DNA of 64,000 nt from an uncultured Clostridia bacterium (GTDB lineage Bacteria; Bacillota; Clostridia; TANB77; CAG-508): positions 10,026 to 74,025 of the forward strand of contig CAMIVO010000001.1 of assembly GCA_946401865.1 (NCBI GenBank). Reading direction: 5' to 3'. A program made the translations under genes and the position numbers. The notes under the pieces are model-generated. The model saw only the letters and a list, made by a program, of their open reading frames with translations, did no database searches and was not told where the DNA came from. Shown piece by piece: positions 18,182 through 27,320 of this stretch (position 1 is its first letter; each line of letters opens with the position of its first letter).

Positions 18182-18192
18182 GAGAGGGAAAT

Positions 18193-18597
18193 ATGGTAAA
18201 ACAAAAATATAAAACAGAGCAAAGAAAAGATTTGCTGGATTATATGATAAAAAATACAGACAACTTTGTAAATGCAGATGATATAGAAAAATACTTGAAA
18301 AATAAAAAAATAAGTATTGGTCTCACAACAATTTACAGGTTTTTAAATTCTTTGGAAAAACAGGGAAAGGTCAGAGTAGAGCTAAAAGACCATACTAAAT
18401 ATTATCAATATATATTAGAAGAATGTACTAACCATTTTCATTTACAATGCAAAAAATGCGGAAAAATTATACATTTACATTGTAATGAAATAGAGGAATT
18501 AAAATTACATATTTCTAAAGAACATAATTTTGAAATAGATTCTATGGCAACAATTATGGGGATATGTGCAGATTGTAAAGGAGTTAAAATAAAATGA
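18193..18597 (+). CDS. zur: Fur-family metalloregulator (probably Zur)
   Basis: 134 aa with a wHTH N-terminus and CxxC...CxxC (CKKCGK, CADCKG); first gene of a metal ABC-uptake operon. Confidence 0.75.
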   Translation: MVKQKYKTEQRKDLLDYMIKNTDNFVNADDIEKYLKNKKISIGLTTIYRFLNSLEKQGKVRVELKDHTKYYQYILEECTNHFHLQCKKCGKIIHLHCNEIEELKLHISKEHNFEIDSMATIMGICADCKGVKIK

Positions 18598-19544
18598 GTA
18601 AAAATAAAAAAATAATAATGATAGTCATAATAATATTAATAATTGTAGGTATTTTAATGGCAATTTTTGTTAAACCAAAAAACACTCAAAAAACTGATAA
18701 ATTAAATGTAGTTGCAACTACTTTTTCAACATATGATTTTACAAGACAAATAGTAGGAGATAAAGCAGATATTACATTTCTATTAGGTCCAGGTGTTGAT
18801 GCACACTCATATGAACCAAGTGCAAAAGATTTAGTTACAATAAAAAATGCTGATGTATTTATATATATTGGTGGAGAAATGGAACAATGGGTAGATAAAA
18901 TTTTGGAAACAGATACAATAGACACTAATAAAACAACATTAATTCATGTTACTGACTATATAGAAACAATTGAAGAACAGGAAGTAGATGGGGCTGAAGA
19001 AGAACATGAACATGGTGCTTTTGATGAGCATATTTGGACATCTCCATCAAACGCAATAAAAATGGTAAAATATCTAAGTGAGCAGTTCGGTAAAATAGAT
19101 AATAATAACAAAGAATCTTATGAAAAAAATGCTGAAAATTACATAAAACAAATTGAAAATGTTAGAAATGAAATACAAGAAATTGTTACAAACAAAAAAA
19201 GAGACAGATTAGTTTTTGGAGATAAAATGCCAATGCAATATTTCTTAAATGAATTTGGTCTAACCGCTTCTGCTGCATTTAATGGTTGTTCAACAGAAGC
19301 GGAACCAGGAACTAAAACAATAACCTATCTAGTAAACAAAGTAAAAGAAGAACAAATACCAGTAGTTTTATATATTGAATTAAGTACAGGTAAAACTGCT
19401 AAATCAATAGCAAATGAAACAGGTGCAAAAGTAATGCAAATTCAAACCTTACACAATATAAGTAAAGATGATTTTAAAAATGGAGAAACATATGTAAGTC
19501 TAATGGAACGTAATCTTCCTGTTTTGAAAGAAGCATTGCAATAA
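18594..19544 (+). CDS. znuA: Metal (zinc) ABC transporter substrate-binding protein, ZnuA/AdcA/TroA family
   Basis: 316 aa with an N-terminal membrane anchor, His/acidic loop EEEHEHGAFDEHIW and the cluster-9 SBP pattern. Confidence 0.8.
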   Translation: MSKNKKIIMIVIIILIIVGILMAIFVKPKNTQKTDKLNVVATTFSTYDFTRQIVGDKADITFLLGPGVDAHSYEPSAKDLVTIKNADVFIYIGGEMEQWVDKILETDTIDTNKTTLIHVTDYIETIEEQEVDGAEEEHEHGAFDEHIWTSPSNAIKMVKYLSEQFGKIDNNNKESYEKNAENYIKQIENVRNEIQEIVTNKKRDRLVFGDKMPMQYFLNEFGLTASAAFNGCSTEAEPGTKTITYLVNKVKEEQIPVVLYIELSTGKTAKSIANETGAKVMQIQTLHNISKDDFKNGETYVSLMERNLPVLKEALQ

Positions 19545-19560
19545 TAATTAAGTATCTAAA

Positions 19561-19746
19561 AAATAAATATATAAATTTCATACGCTCCTCGGCTCAATAC
19601 GGTCTCTAGAGAGAGTAATTTTTAACAAACCGAGCCTCTCGCTGCTCTTGCTTCGCAAGCCTTCGCTTCCTCAGTTTATTAAAACCAACTCTCTCTAACG
19701 CGACCTTCAATCACATTCGTCACGTATTCAATTTATATATTTATTT
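19561..19746. other. Long GC-enriched imperfect palindrome E2, inside the znu operon
   Basis: Termini AAATAAATATATAAATT / AATTTATATATTTATTT; apex CTTGC-ttc-GCAAG at 19647-19659. The arms align in blocks (ATACG, GGTC.C.TAGAGAGAGT, TTTAA.AAAC.GAG). Confidence 0.4.
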
Positions 19747-19789
19747 TATTGAAAACTAATTATAGTAATCAAGGAAAGGAACTAAAAAC

Positions 19790-20458
19790 ATGAGTATTAT
19801 AAAAATAGAAAATATGTCATTTGGATATACAAATTCTTATGAAACTTTATCAAACATAAACATGGAAATTAATGAAGGAGAATTTGTTACAATTATAGGA
19901 GAAAATGGTTCAGGAAAGAGTTCTCTTATCAAATGTATTTTGGGATTGAATAAAGTTCAAAAAGGAAAAATAACAGTTAAAAATAGAATTGGATATTTAC
20001 CTCAAATGACAGAAATTCAAAATAATTTTCCTGCAACAATTGAGGAAATCGTATTAAGTGGAACAATACCTCAAAATATAAGAAAAATCTTCTATACAAA
20101 AGAAGATAAGAAAAAAGCAGAAGAGACTATGAAAAAGTTAAATCTATATGATATGAGAAAAAAGTGTTTTTACGAACTTTCCGGTGGACAAAGGCAAAGA
20201 GTACTTATTGCAAGAGCTTTATGCTCAACAGACAAAGTTCTATTATTAGATGAACCAGTTAATGGATTAGACCCAAAAATAGTAACAGGGATATATGAGA
20301 TGTTATATGATCTAAACAAAAATCAAGGTCTTACAATAATTATGGTATCACATGACATAGATAGAAGTATACAATATTCTACAAGAGTAATAGAAATTGA
20401 AAATGGAAAAATAGTAAAAGATATAAATGCAAAAGACTATAAAAAGGAGGAAATATAG
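19790..20458 (+). CDS. znuC: Metal ABC transporter ATP-binding protein
   Basis: 222 aa with Walker A GENGSGKSS, signature LSGGQRQR and Walker B LLLDEP. Confidence 0.85.
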   Translation: MSIIKIENMSFGYTNSYETLSNINMEINEGEFVTIIGENGSGKSSLIKCILGLNKVQKGKITVKNRIGYLPQMTEIQNNFPATIEEIVLSGTIPQNIRKIFYTKEDKKKAEETMKKLNLYDMRKKCFYELSGGQRQRVLIARALCSTDKVLLLDEPVNGLDPKIVTGIYEMLYDLNKNQGLTIIMVSHDIDRSIQYSTRVIEIENGKIVKDINAKDYKKEEI

Positions 20459-20459
20459 A

Positions 20460-21281
20460 ATGTTTGAAACAATAAAAGAAATGTTAAGTTTTTCTTTTAT
20501 AAATAGAGCTATAATTGTTGGAACATTAGTAAGTTTATGTGCAGCACTACTTGGTGTAAGTTTAGTTTTGAAAAGATATTCAAATATTGGAGATGGACTT
20601 TCTCATGTAGGTTTTGGAATAACAACAGTTGCTGTAGGACTTGGAGCAACATCAACTTTACCAATTGCAATTCCTGCTGTAATTATTGTTGCTATATTAC
20701 TATTAAAAATTGGAAATAACCATAAAATAAAAAGTGATAGTGCAATTGCAATTATATCTTCAAGCGCTTTAGCTATAGGTGTTGCTGTAACATCAGTAAC
20801 AACAGGACTAAATACAGATGTTTGTAATTTTATGTTTGGTAGTATTTTAGCAATGAGTATTAGTGATGTTATATTGAGCATTATAGTTAGTATTTTGGTA
20901 TTAATCCTTTTTGTAATTTATTACAGAAAACTTTTTGCAGTTACATTTGATGAAGATTTTTCTAAGGCAGTTGGATTAAAAACAGGAAGGTATACAAATT
21001 TAATTGCAATATTAACAGCTGTTGTGATTGTAGTTGGAATGAGAATGATGGGAACTTTATTAATTAGTAGTATTATTATCTTTCCTGCATTAACAGCTAT
21101 GAAAATATGTAAATCATACAAGAGAGTTGTAATAGGTTCTGGAATAATAAGTGTCTTTTGTTTTCTTGTAGGAATTCTCTTATCTTATGTATATAATATA
21201 AGCACAGGAGCAATGATAGTAATTGTTAATTTAGTACTATTTTTACTATTTACAGTTCTTAACAAGATAATAAAAGAATAA
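20460..21281 (+). CDS. znuB: Metal ABC transporter permease (ZnuB family)
   Basis: Polytopic membrane protein. Start placed at MFETIKEML (20460) behind AGGAGG; the track ORF begins at 20427. Confidence 0.8.
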   Translation: MFETIKEMLSFSFINRAIIVGTLVSLCAALLGVSLVLKRYSNIGDGLSHVGFGITTVAVGLGATSTLPIAIPAVIIVAILLLKIGNNHKIKSDSAIAIISSSALAIGVAVTSVTTGLNTDVCNFMFGSILAMSISDVILSIIVSILVLILFVIYYRKLFAVTFDEDFSKAVGLKTGRYTNLIAILTAVVIVVGMRMMGTLLISSIIIFPALTAMKICKSYKRVVIGSGIISVFCFLVGILLSYVYNISTGAMIVIVNLVLFLLFTVLNKIIKE

Positions 21282-21498
21282 TGTTATTTGCTACTTGCGT
21301 GCCATTCGTACTGGAGATTTTTGGCTTGAAAAAGGAAATGATGAAACATCTTATTATCAAGATTATTATTATATAAAAGCTATTTCTGTTGAAGTTATGA
21401 ATCAAAGAGGACAAGAAGATGTAGAAAATTAATATTTGCATTTTAAAATTTAATGTGATAATATTACAGTGATATTTTAAATTTAGGAGGTTGTTGTT

Positions 21499-22284
21499 AT
21501 GGAGAAAATTTTACTTGTATTCTCAGAAAGAACAGTTCAATCTGCTGTACAAGGTTTTACAGTAAGTCTAAATGATAACATAACTAATAAAGTTAGAGAA
21601 AAATTGGAATCACTTACAGAGCAAGAACTGATTGAAATTAAGGAGTTCTTAAATAAACTATTAAATTTATTATATGATGGTCAGCTATATGAAATGAATA
21701 TAAACACAAATGAGATGAGTTTAATAAATAATTTAACAGAAGAGGAAAAATTTAAAATTAAAACAATAGCATTATATTTTATTGGTAGATTGCCAGTTAA
21801 AGCAGATTTAGATATATTAAAAAAGGCTTATTATTTAGAGAATAACAAATATATAAAGATGGATATTGCATATTCAACATTTCAGATGTTTGATGAAGAA
21901 ATAGAGTTAGATTTTATAAAAAAATTAACAACAAATGATGAATATAATGAAATGATTCGTTCATGGACAATGGCATTTTTTAAAAATTCAACTAGTCCAT
22001 ATGAATATAGAGATACATTAGAAGATGACTGGACAGTAGCTAAAACTCCAAGAATAAATCGTTTGAAAATTAATGAAAAGGAAAATCCAAAATTTAAAAA
22101 AGCAATGGCATATAGATTAGTAGATTTAGTTATAATGTATCTATTTATCAAAAATAGAGGAAAAAGTTCATTAACTAATGAAGAAAAAGAAATAATTAAT
22201 AATGCTAGTGTTGATTTCGAGTATTATTCTGAAAATAAAAAACAAATTATCAATGATTTTAAGAAAAAAATACTAGAGTATTAA
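21499..22284 (+). CDS. Hypothetical protein (261 aa)
   Basis: ORF with an AGGAGG RBS; no recognisable motif. Confidence 0.5.
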   Translation: MEKILLVFSERTVQSAVQGFTVSLNDNITNKVREKLESLTEQELIEIKEFLNKLLNLLYDGQLYEMNINTNEMSLINNLTEEEKFKIKTIALYFIGRLPVKADLDILKKAYYLENNKYIKMDIAYSTFQMFDEEIELDFIKKLTTNDEYNEMIRSWTMAFFKNSTSPYEYRDTLEDDWTVAKTPRINRLKINEKENPKFKKAMAYRLVDLVIMYLFIKNRGKSSLTNEEKEIINNASVDFEYYSENKKQIINDFKKKILEY

Positions 22285-22346
22285 TAAAAGCAATATTAAT
22301 TTAGTGTTATTTAGTAAGAAAAATGTATATTAAGGAGAAATGTTAT

Positions 22347-22634
22347 ATGGAAAGAAAATTTAATAAGGGAGATATTGTTCAACATTTTAAAAGAGAAAAA
22401 ATGACAGAAGAACAATTAAAAGAAGAACCAAATGTGTATTTATATGAAATTATTGGAACTGCAAGACATACAGAAAATCAAGAAGAATTATTAATTTATA
22501 AACCTTTATATAAAACTGATTGTGTAGAAGGTGTTGATTTTGTAGCAAGACCACTTGAAATGTTTATGTCTGAAGTAGATCATGTAAAATATCCGGAAAT
22601 CAAACAAAAATATCGTTTTGAATTAAAGAAATAG
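22347..22634 (+). CDS. DUF1653-family small protein
   Basis: [10 protein letters not shown]...[24 protein letters not shown] matches the DUF1653 pattern. Start placed at the ATG after AAGGAG. Confidence 0.65.
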   Translation: MERKFNKGDIVQHFKREKMTEEQLKEEPNVYLYEIIGTARHTENQEELLIYKPLYKTDCVEGVDFVARPLEMFMSEVDHVKYPEIKQKYRFELKK

Positions 22635-22663
22635 TTATAGATAATGAAAATAGGGAAATATTT

Positions 22664-23884
22664 ATGGAACCAAAGAAAGAGATTAAAATAAGTTTAAAAA
22701 CAGCATTAATAGGTACAATAATGATTATAATTATTATTGGAATAATATTATGTAGAATATTTTTTTATTGTGACAATATTACAGAATATAAAGGAGATTA
22801 TAAAAAAATTTCTTATAGAGGTAGTGAGGATTCGAGATTTAAAAGTATTATTAGTCAAAATGGAAATTTAAATAATGATAAAAAATATAAAATTGTTTCC
22901 AATCAGAAAGAATTTAATACTGTATTAGAAATAATTAAAAATAATATTATCAATGCGTATAATTATTATACTGATTATGAAGCTAGGTATATAACTGTAC
23001 CAGATAATTATACGGTAGATATTAAAGATTTTTATAATATCTATGGCATAGATGAATCCAAGTTTGATATTAATGATTATTCAAGTTATGGTAATGTTAA
23101 TTGGAATGCTAAATCATTATTAATAATTGAATGTTGTGGTCAACCATCTCTAAAAACAACCTTAATGGAATGTAAAGAAAACGAAGAATCTGTAAATGTT
23201 AAAATTTTTTGGGATAGTCATGGCGTTACAGGAGGTATAGGTGCTAATATATTTTTTATTCCTATTTCTAAAAGAATATCTAATGCTAATATAGAATTTC
23301 AATATAAAAAATATAATGATTTTGGAATGGCATATAAGCCAATAATATATTTATATCCTGAACATGAGCAAGAAACAACAGTTACTTTAGGTTATCCATA
23401 TAAACTAACAACATCATATCCTAAATATACTGATAAATGGAAAGTTCTAGCTCATCCAAATGGAGATTTAAAAGAGTTAAATACAGGAAGGAATCTTTAT
23501 TCTTTATACTATGAAAGTGATAATGTTGTAAATTTTAAAGTAGAAAAAGATGGCTTTTGTGTAAAAGGAACGGAAATTGAACCATTTTTAGAAGATAAAC
23601 TTGCTAAGTTAGGATTAACTGATAGGGAATCAGAAGAGTTTATTATATATTGGTTACCAAAACTTGAAAGTAATGAATATAATTATATAAGATTTGCTAC
23701 AACTGATGAAATAGATACAAATATGCCATTAAATATAAACCCAAAACCAGATACATTAATTAGAATTTTAATGACATATAAAGGTTTGAATAATCCTATA
23801 TGTGTTGAAGAACAAGAAATAAAAACACAAGAAAGAGCAGGTTTCGTAGCTGTTGAATGGGGTGGAACAGAACTAAATAAGTAG
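22664..23884 (+). CDS. Hypothetical membrane-anchored protein (406 aa)
   Basis: N-terminal TM helix. Its first ~12 codons resemble those of ORF 61528. Confidence 0.5.
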   Translation: MEPKKEIKISLKTALIGTIMIIIIIGIILCRIFFYCDNITEYKGDYKKISYRGSEDSRFKSIISQNGNLNNDKKYKIVSNQKEFNTVLEIIKNNIINAYNYYTDYEARYITVPDNYTVDIKDFYNIYGIDESKFDINDYSSYGNVNWNAKSLLIIECCGQPSLKTTLMECKENEESVNVKIFWDSHGVTGGIGANIFFIPISKRISNANIEFQYKKYNDFGMAYKPIIYLYPEHEQETTVTLGYPYKLTTSYPKYTDKWKVLAHPNGDLKELNTGRNLYSLYYESDNVVNFKVEKDGFCVKGTEIEPFLEDKLAKLGLTDRESEEFIIYWLPKLESNEYNYIRFATTDEIDTNMPLNINPKPDTLIRILMTYKGLNNPICVEEQEIKTQERAGFVAVEWGGTELNK

Positions 23885-23907
23885 CAGAAGCACCGCTTCT
23901 GCTTTTT
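23884..23907 (+). terminator. Rho-independent terminator
   Basis: GCAGAAGC-acc-GCTTCTGC followed by TTTTT. Confidence 0.8.
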
Positions 23908-23995
23908 AAAATTTTATTTATTCTTTTTCATGAAAATAATTGACAAATAAACAGATGTTTGATAATATATAAAACAGAAAAGAGGTAGATATAAT

Positions 23996-25024
23996 ATGGA
24001 AAATAAATTAATTGGAAATGAAAAAGATATTATATTTTATACTGATGAAGATGGTAATACTAAAATACAAGTCATTTTACAAAACGAAGATGTTTGGCTT
24101 AATACACAAGCTATTGCTAATTTATTTGATGTACAAAGACCTGATATAACTAAACATATAAATAATATTTATAAAGAAGATGAATTAAATAAAAATTCAA
24201 CTTGTTCCATTTTGGAACAAGTTCAAAAAGAAGGAAATAGAACTGTTATAAGAAATATTTCATATTATAATTTGGACATGATAATTTCGGTAGGATATAG
24301 GGTAAATTCAAAAAAAGCAGTAAAATTTAGACAATGGGCTAGTAAAGTAATTAAAGAATATATTATAAAAGGTTTTGTATTAGATGACGATAGATTTTTA
24401 AAAGGTGGAAAAGTAAATCAACAATATTTTGATGAATTATTAGAAAGAATTAAAACAATTCGTACAAGTGAAAGAATGTCTTATCAAAAAATAACAGATT
24501 TATTTATTGCAACTTCTATTGACTATGATAAAAAATCTGAAGAAGCAAATACATTTTTTAAAATTATTCAAAATAAATTGCACTTTGCTATAACAAACCA
24601 TACTGCGGCTGAATTAATTTATGAAAGAGCAAATTCAGAAAAAGAAAATATGGGGCTAACTACTTGGAAAGAAGCACCAGAAGGAATGATATATAAATAT
24701 GATGTATCAATAGCAAAAAATTATTTAACAGAAACAGAACTGAAAAAATTAAATAATTTAACAACTTTATTTTTAGACTATGCAGAATCTATGGCTGAAG
24801 AAAATCAAGTAATGACAATGAAAGATTGGATAAGTGAAACAGATAATTTATTAAAATTTAGAAAAAAAGAAATATTACAAAATTCTGGAAAGATTTCTCA
24901 CAAGCAAGCAATTGAAAAAGCAGAAAATGAATATGAAAAATACAAAGTAATTCAAGACAAAAAGTTTGTTTCTGATTTTGATAGATTGCTTTTAGGAACA
25001 GAAAAGATTAACAAAAATAAATAG
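23996..25024 (+). CDS. RhuM-family (virulence protein RhuM-like) protein
   Basis: 342 aa. The N-terminal FYTDEDGNTKIQV...VWLNTQAIANLFDV and SYYNLDMIISVGYRVNSKKAVKFRQWA are characteristic of the family. Confidence 0.75.
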   Translation: MENKLIGNEKDIIFYTDEDGNTKIQVILQNEDVWLNTQAIANLFDVQRPDITKHINNIYKEDELNKNSTCSILEQVQKEGNRTVIRNISYYNLDMIISVGYRVNSKKAVKFRQWASKVIKEYIIKGFVLDDDRFLKGGKVNQQYFDELLERIKTIRTSERMSYQKITDLFIATSIDYDKKSEEANTFFKIIQNKLHFAITNHTAAELIYERANSEKENMGLTTWKEAPEGMIYKYDVSIAKNYLTETELKKLNNLTTLFLDYAESMAEENQVMTMKDWISETDNLLKFRKKEILQNSGKISHKQAIEKAENEYEKYKVIQDKKFVSDFDRLLLGTEKINKNK

Positions 25025-25038
25025 GAAGAAAATATTTT

Positions 25039-25752
25039 ATGGAAGAATATAATGAATTTTTAAGTAGAATTAACAAATCTATAAAGAAAGAATTTTGTAT
25101 TGAAAAAAATTTCTTTTATCCTAATCAATCATTAGAAGCAAAAGTAAATAAAAATAATTGTTTTAAAGAATTTTACGGAGATACTACCACTTTTGATTTG
25201 GAACAAAAAGATAAAGATAAAATAGATTCGATAATTTTAAAGTTATATTCAAATGTGCCAGAATGTCTTTGCGAAAAACTTGATAAATCTCATTTACATA
25301 TGACATTACATGATTTATCAAGTAATGTAAAACTTAAAATTATAGAAAAAACACTAGAAAACAATGAAAATAAAATTAAAGAGATTTTAAAAAGTGAAGA
25401 GTTGTTATCAGGTACAATAAGATTAAAGACATATTGCATAACTAACATATTAAATATTAGTTTGGTACTTGTATTATTACCTATTGGTAAAAATGAGTAT
25501 GAAAAACTTATGACTATTTATAATCTCATAGACAAGGTACAAGTGTTGAAGTATAAATTTCTACCACATATAACTTTGGGATACTATAATATTAATGGTT
25601 TTGATATTCCATCTGTAATTAATCTTGAAAAACTTGTGAATGAACTGAATCAACATGAATTTGAAATAAATGTAAATACTAAATATTTATTTTATCAACA
25701 TTTTACAAGCATGAATAATTATAAAAAAATATTAAAGCTTTGTAATAATTAA
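25039..25752 (+). CDS. 2H phosphoesterase superfamily protein (LigT-like fold)
   Basis: 237 aa with two H-x-T-x motifs (HMTLHDL and HITLGYY). Confidence 0.55.
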   Translation: MEEYNEFLSRINKSIKKEFCIEKNFFYPNQSLEAKVNKNNCFKEFYGDTTTFDLEQKDKDKIDSIILKLYSNVPECLCEKLDKSHLHMTLHDLSSNVKLKIIEKTLENNENKIKEILKSEELLSGTIRLKTYCITNILNISLVLVLLPIGKNEYEKLMTIYNLIDKVQVLKYKFLPHITLGYYNINGFDIPSVINLEKLVNELNQHEFEINVNTKYLFYQHFTSMNNYKKILKLCNN

Positions 25753-25826
25753 GGTGAGTACAATAATATATCTTAAAACATTTAAATTATATGATAAAAA
25801 TATTCCTATTATATATTCATTTTAAA

Positions 25827-25853
25827 GCAGAAGCTAAGAACCGCTTCTGCTTT
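25827..25853. terminator. Bidirectional terminator; same stem as 23884-23907
   Basis: GCAGAAGC-taagaacc-GCTTCTGC flanked by an A-run and a T-run; lies between convergent genes. Confidence 0.75.
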
Positions 25854-25861
25854 AAAAATAC

Positions 25862-26446
25862 TTATTTATTCATATAAAATTTTCTCTCTGCAAGTTTATC
25901 TTGAATTCCACGTAAAGTTTCGCCAAATCTTTGGAAATGGACGATTTCTCTTTGACGTAAGAATTTAAGAGGATCTAAAACATCAAGATTATCTCTACAC
26001 AAATCTATTAATTTTTCATAAGTTGCTCTTGCTTTTTGTTCTGCAGCTAAATCTTCTTGTAAATTTGCAATAGGGTCACCTTTAGCTGCAATATATGCTG
26101 CAGTAAATGGAACACCTTCTGCAGACACAGGATATACATCTACACCATGATCTGTATAATATGGTGCCAAACCTGCTTTTTCAAGTTCTTCAATAGAAGC
26201 ATTTTTAGTTAATTGATGAACTATAGTTCCAACCATTTCTAAGTGAGCTAATTCTTCTGTTCCAATATCATTTAAAACCGCTTTAGCTGTTTGGTCTGGC
26301 ATGCCAAATCTTTGAGATAAATATCTTAAAGAAGCGGCAAGTTCTCCATCTGGTCCACCATATTGGCTTATTATTACTTTAGCAAGACGAGGATCAGTTT
26401 GTTTAATATTAATTGGATATTCTAAAACTTTATTATATGTCCACAT
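25862..26446 (-). CDS. cotJC: Spore coat protein CotJC (manganese-catalase family)
   Basis: 194 aa with the GELAASLRYLSQRF...EELAHLE di-metal motifs. Confidence 0.9.
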   Translation of the reverse strand: MWTYNKVLEYPINIKQTDPRLAKVIISQYGGPDGELAASLRYLSQRFGMPDQTAKAVLNDIGTEELAHLEMVGTIVHQLTKNASIEELEKAGLAPYYTDHGVDVYPVSAEGVPFTAAYIAAKGDPIANLQEDLAAEQKARATYEKLIDLCRDNLDVLDPLKFLRQREIVHFQRFGETLRGIQDKLAERKFYMNK

Positions 26447-26793
26447 TATCTATTTCCTCCTTCCCAAGGCCAAGGTTCTTCAAGCCATCTCCATTTGTTA
26501 CATGGATAATTTATTGTAAGTGGGCCATAAATTTTTTGATAAACATCTTTTAGTTCTTTTAATTCTTTACAATATTTGTTGTGTAAGCATAAAGCCTTTT
26601 CATCTTTTGGATGAGTATCTAGATACTCTGCAAGTTCAATTATTGCAAATTCTAAACATTTTATCTCTTGAAGCATTTTTTTGCGTTTATCATCTTTACA
26701 TTCACAAGAATTGTTTGGCATCATTTGTGCCACTGGCAAAACATTTTCAGGCATATCATTTATGCAAGATCTTTCTTCATTTTCTATTGACAT
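26446..26793 (-). CDS. cotJB: Spore coat protein CotJB
   Basis: 115 aa with the EFAIIELAEYLDTHP...YGPLT pattern; sits between cotJA and cotJC. Confidence 0.85.
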   Translation of the reverse strand: MSIENEERSCINDMPENVLPVAQMMPNNSCECKDDKRKKMLQEIKCLEFAIIELAEYLDTHPKDEKALCLHNKYCKELKELKDVYQKIYGPLTINYPCNKWRWLEEPWPWEGGNR

Positions 26794-27158
26794 TTATTGC
26801 ACCCCTCTCCAATAGCGTTTGTAGCTTCTAAATATTTTATTTCTTTCATAGAATCTCCAGGAAAGTAAGGACTAACTAATTCTGGAAAAATAGTTCCATT
26901 TTTTAATCCGACACATGGCTTAAAAGTTTTATCCATAGTTTGAATTGGAACATAACTTTGTGCAAGTACAGGATTTTCTGGAAATACATTTGAAATATTA
27001 TCATCATCAAAACCACAACTACAATTTTCATTATAATTTTGAATATTTTCAACATTTTTGCATGCATCTTCTATTACATCAGGTTTAATACAATTATTTG
27101 AATTTAAATTTGAATAATTATTGTTCAAACAGCAATATCTTCTGCGTATATTTCTCAT
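26784..27158 (-). CDS. cotJA: Spore coat-associated protein CotJA
   Basis: 124 aa with LAQSYVPIQ...GTIFPELVSPY. Confidence 0.8.
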   Translation of the reverse strand: MRNIRRRYCCLNNNYSNLNSNNCIKPDVIEDACKNVENIQNYNENCSCGFDDDNISNVFPENPVLAQSYVPIQTMDKTFKPCVGLKNGTIFPELVSPYFPGDSMKEIKYLEATNAIGEGCNKCQ

Positions 27159-27320
27159 ATAAAAAACCTCCTAAAACTTTATAATATATTTTATTCTAAA
27201 AAAATACAAAATGTTATATTTTTTTTATAAAAAATATTGAAAAAAAGAAAAAAATATATATAATGAGATTAGAAAATATGATGTATAATATTTATATTTT
27301 TATAGGTAGGTAAGGAAGAT

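Noticed and set aside
20537-21121. Several 60-92 aa ORFs on both strands inside znuB
   Set aside because: They are alternative-frame or antisense ORFs within a clear polytopic permease gene, with composition-driven open frames only.
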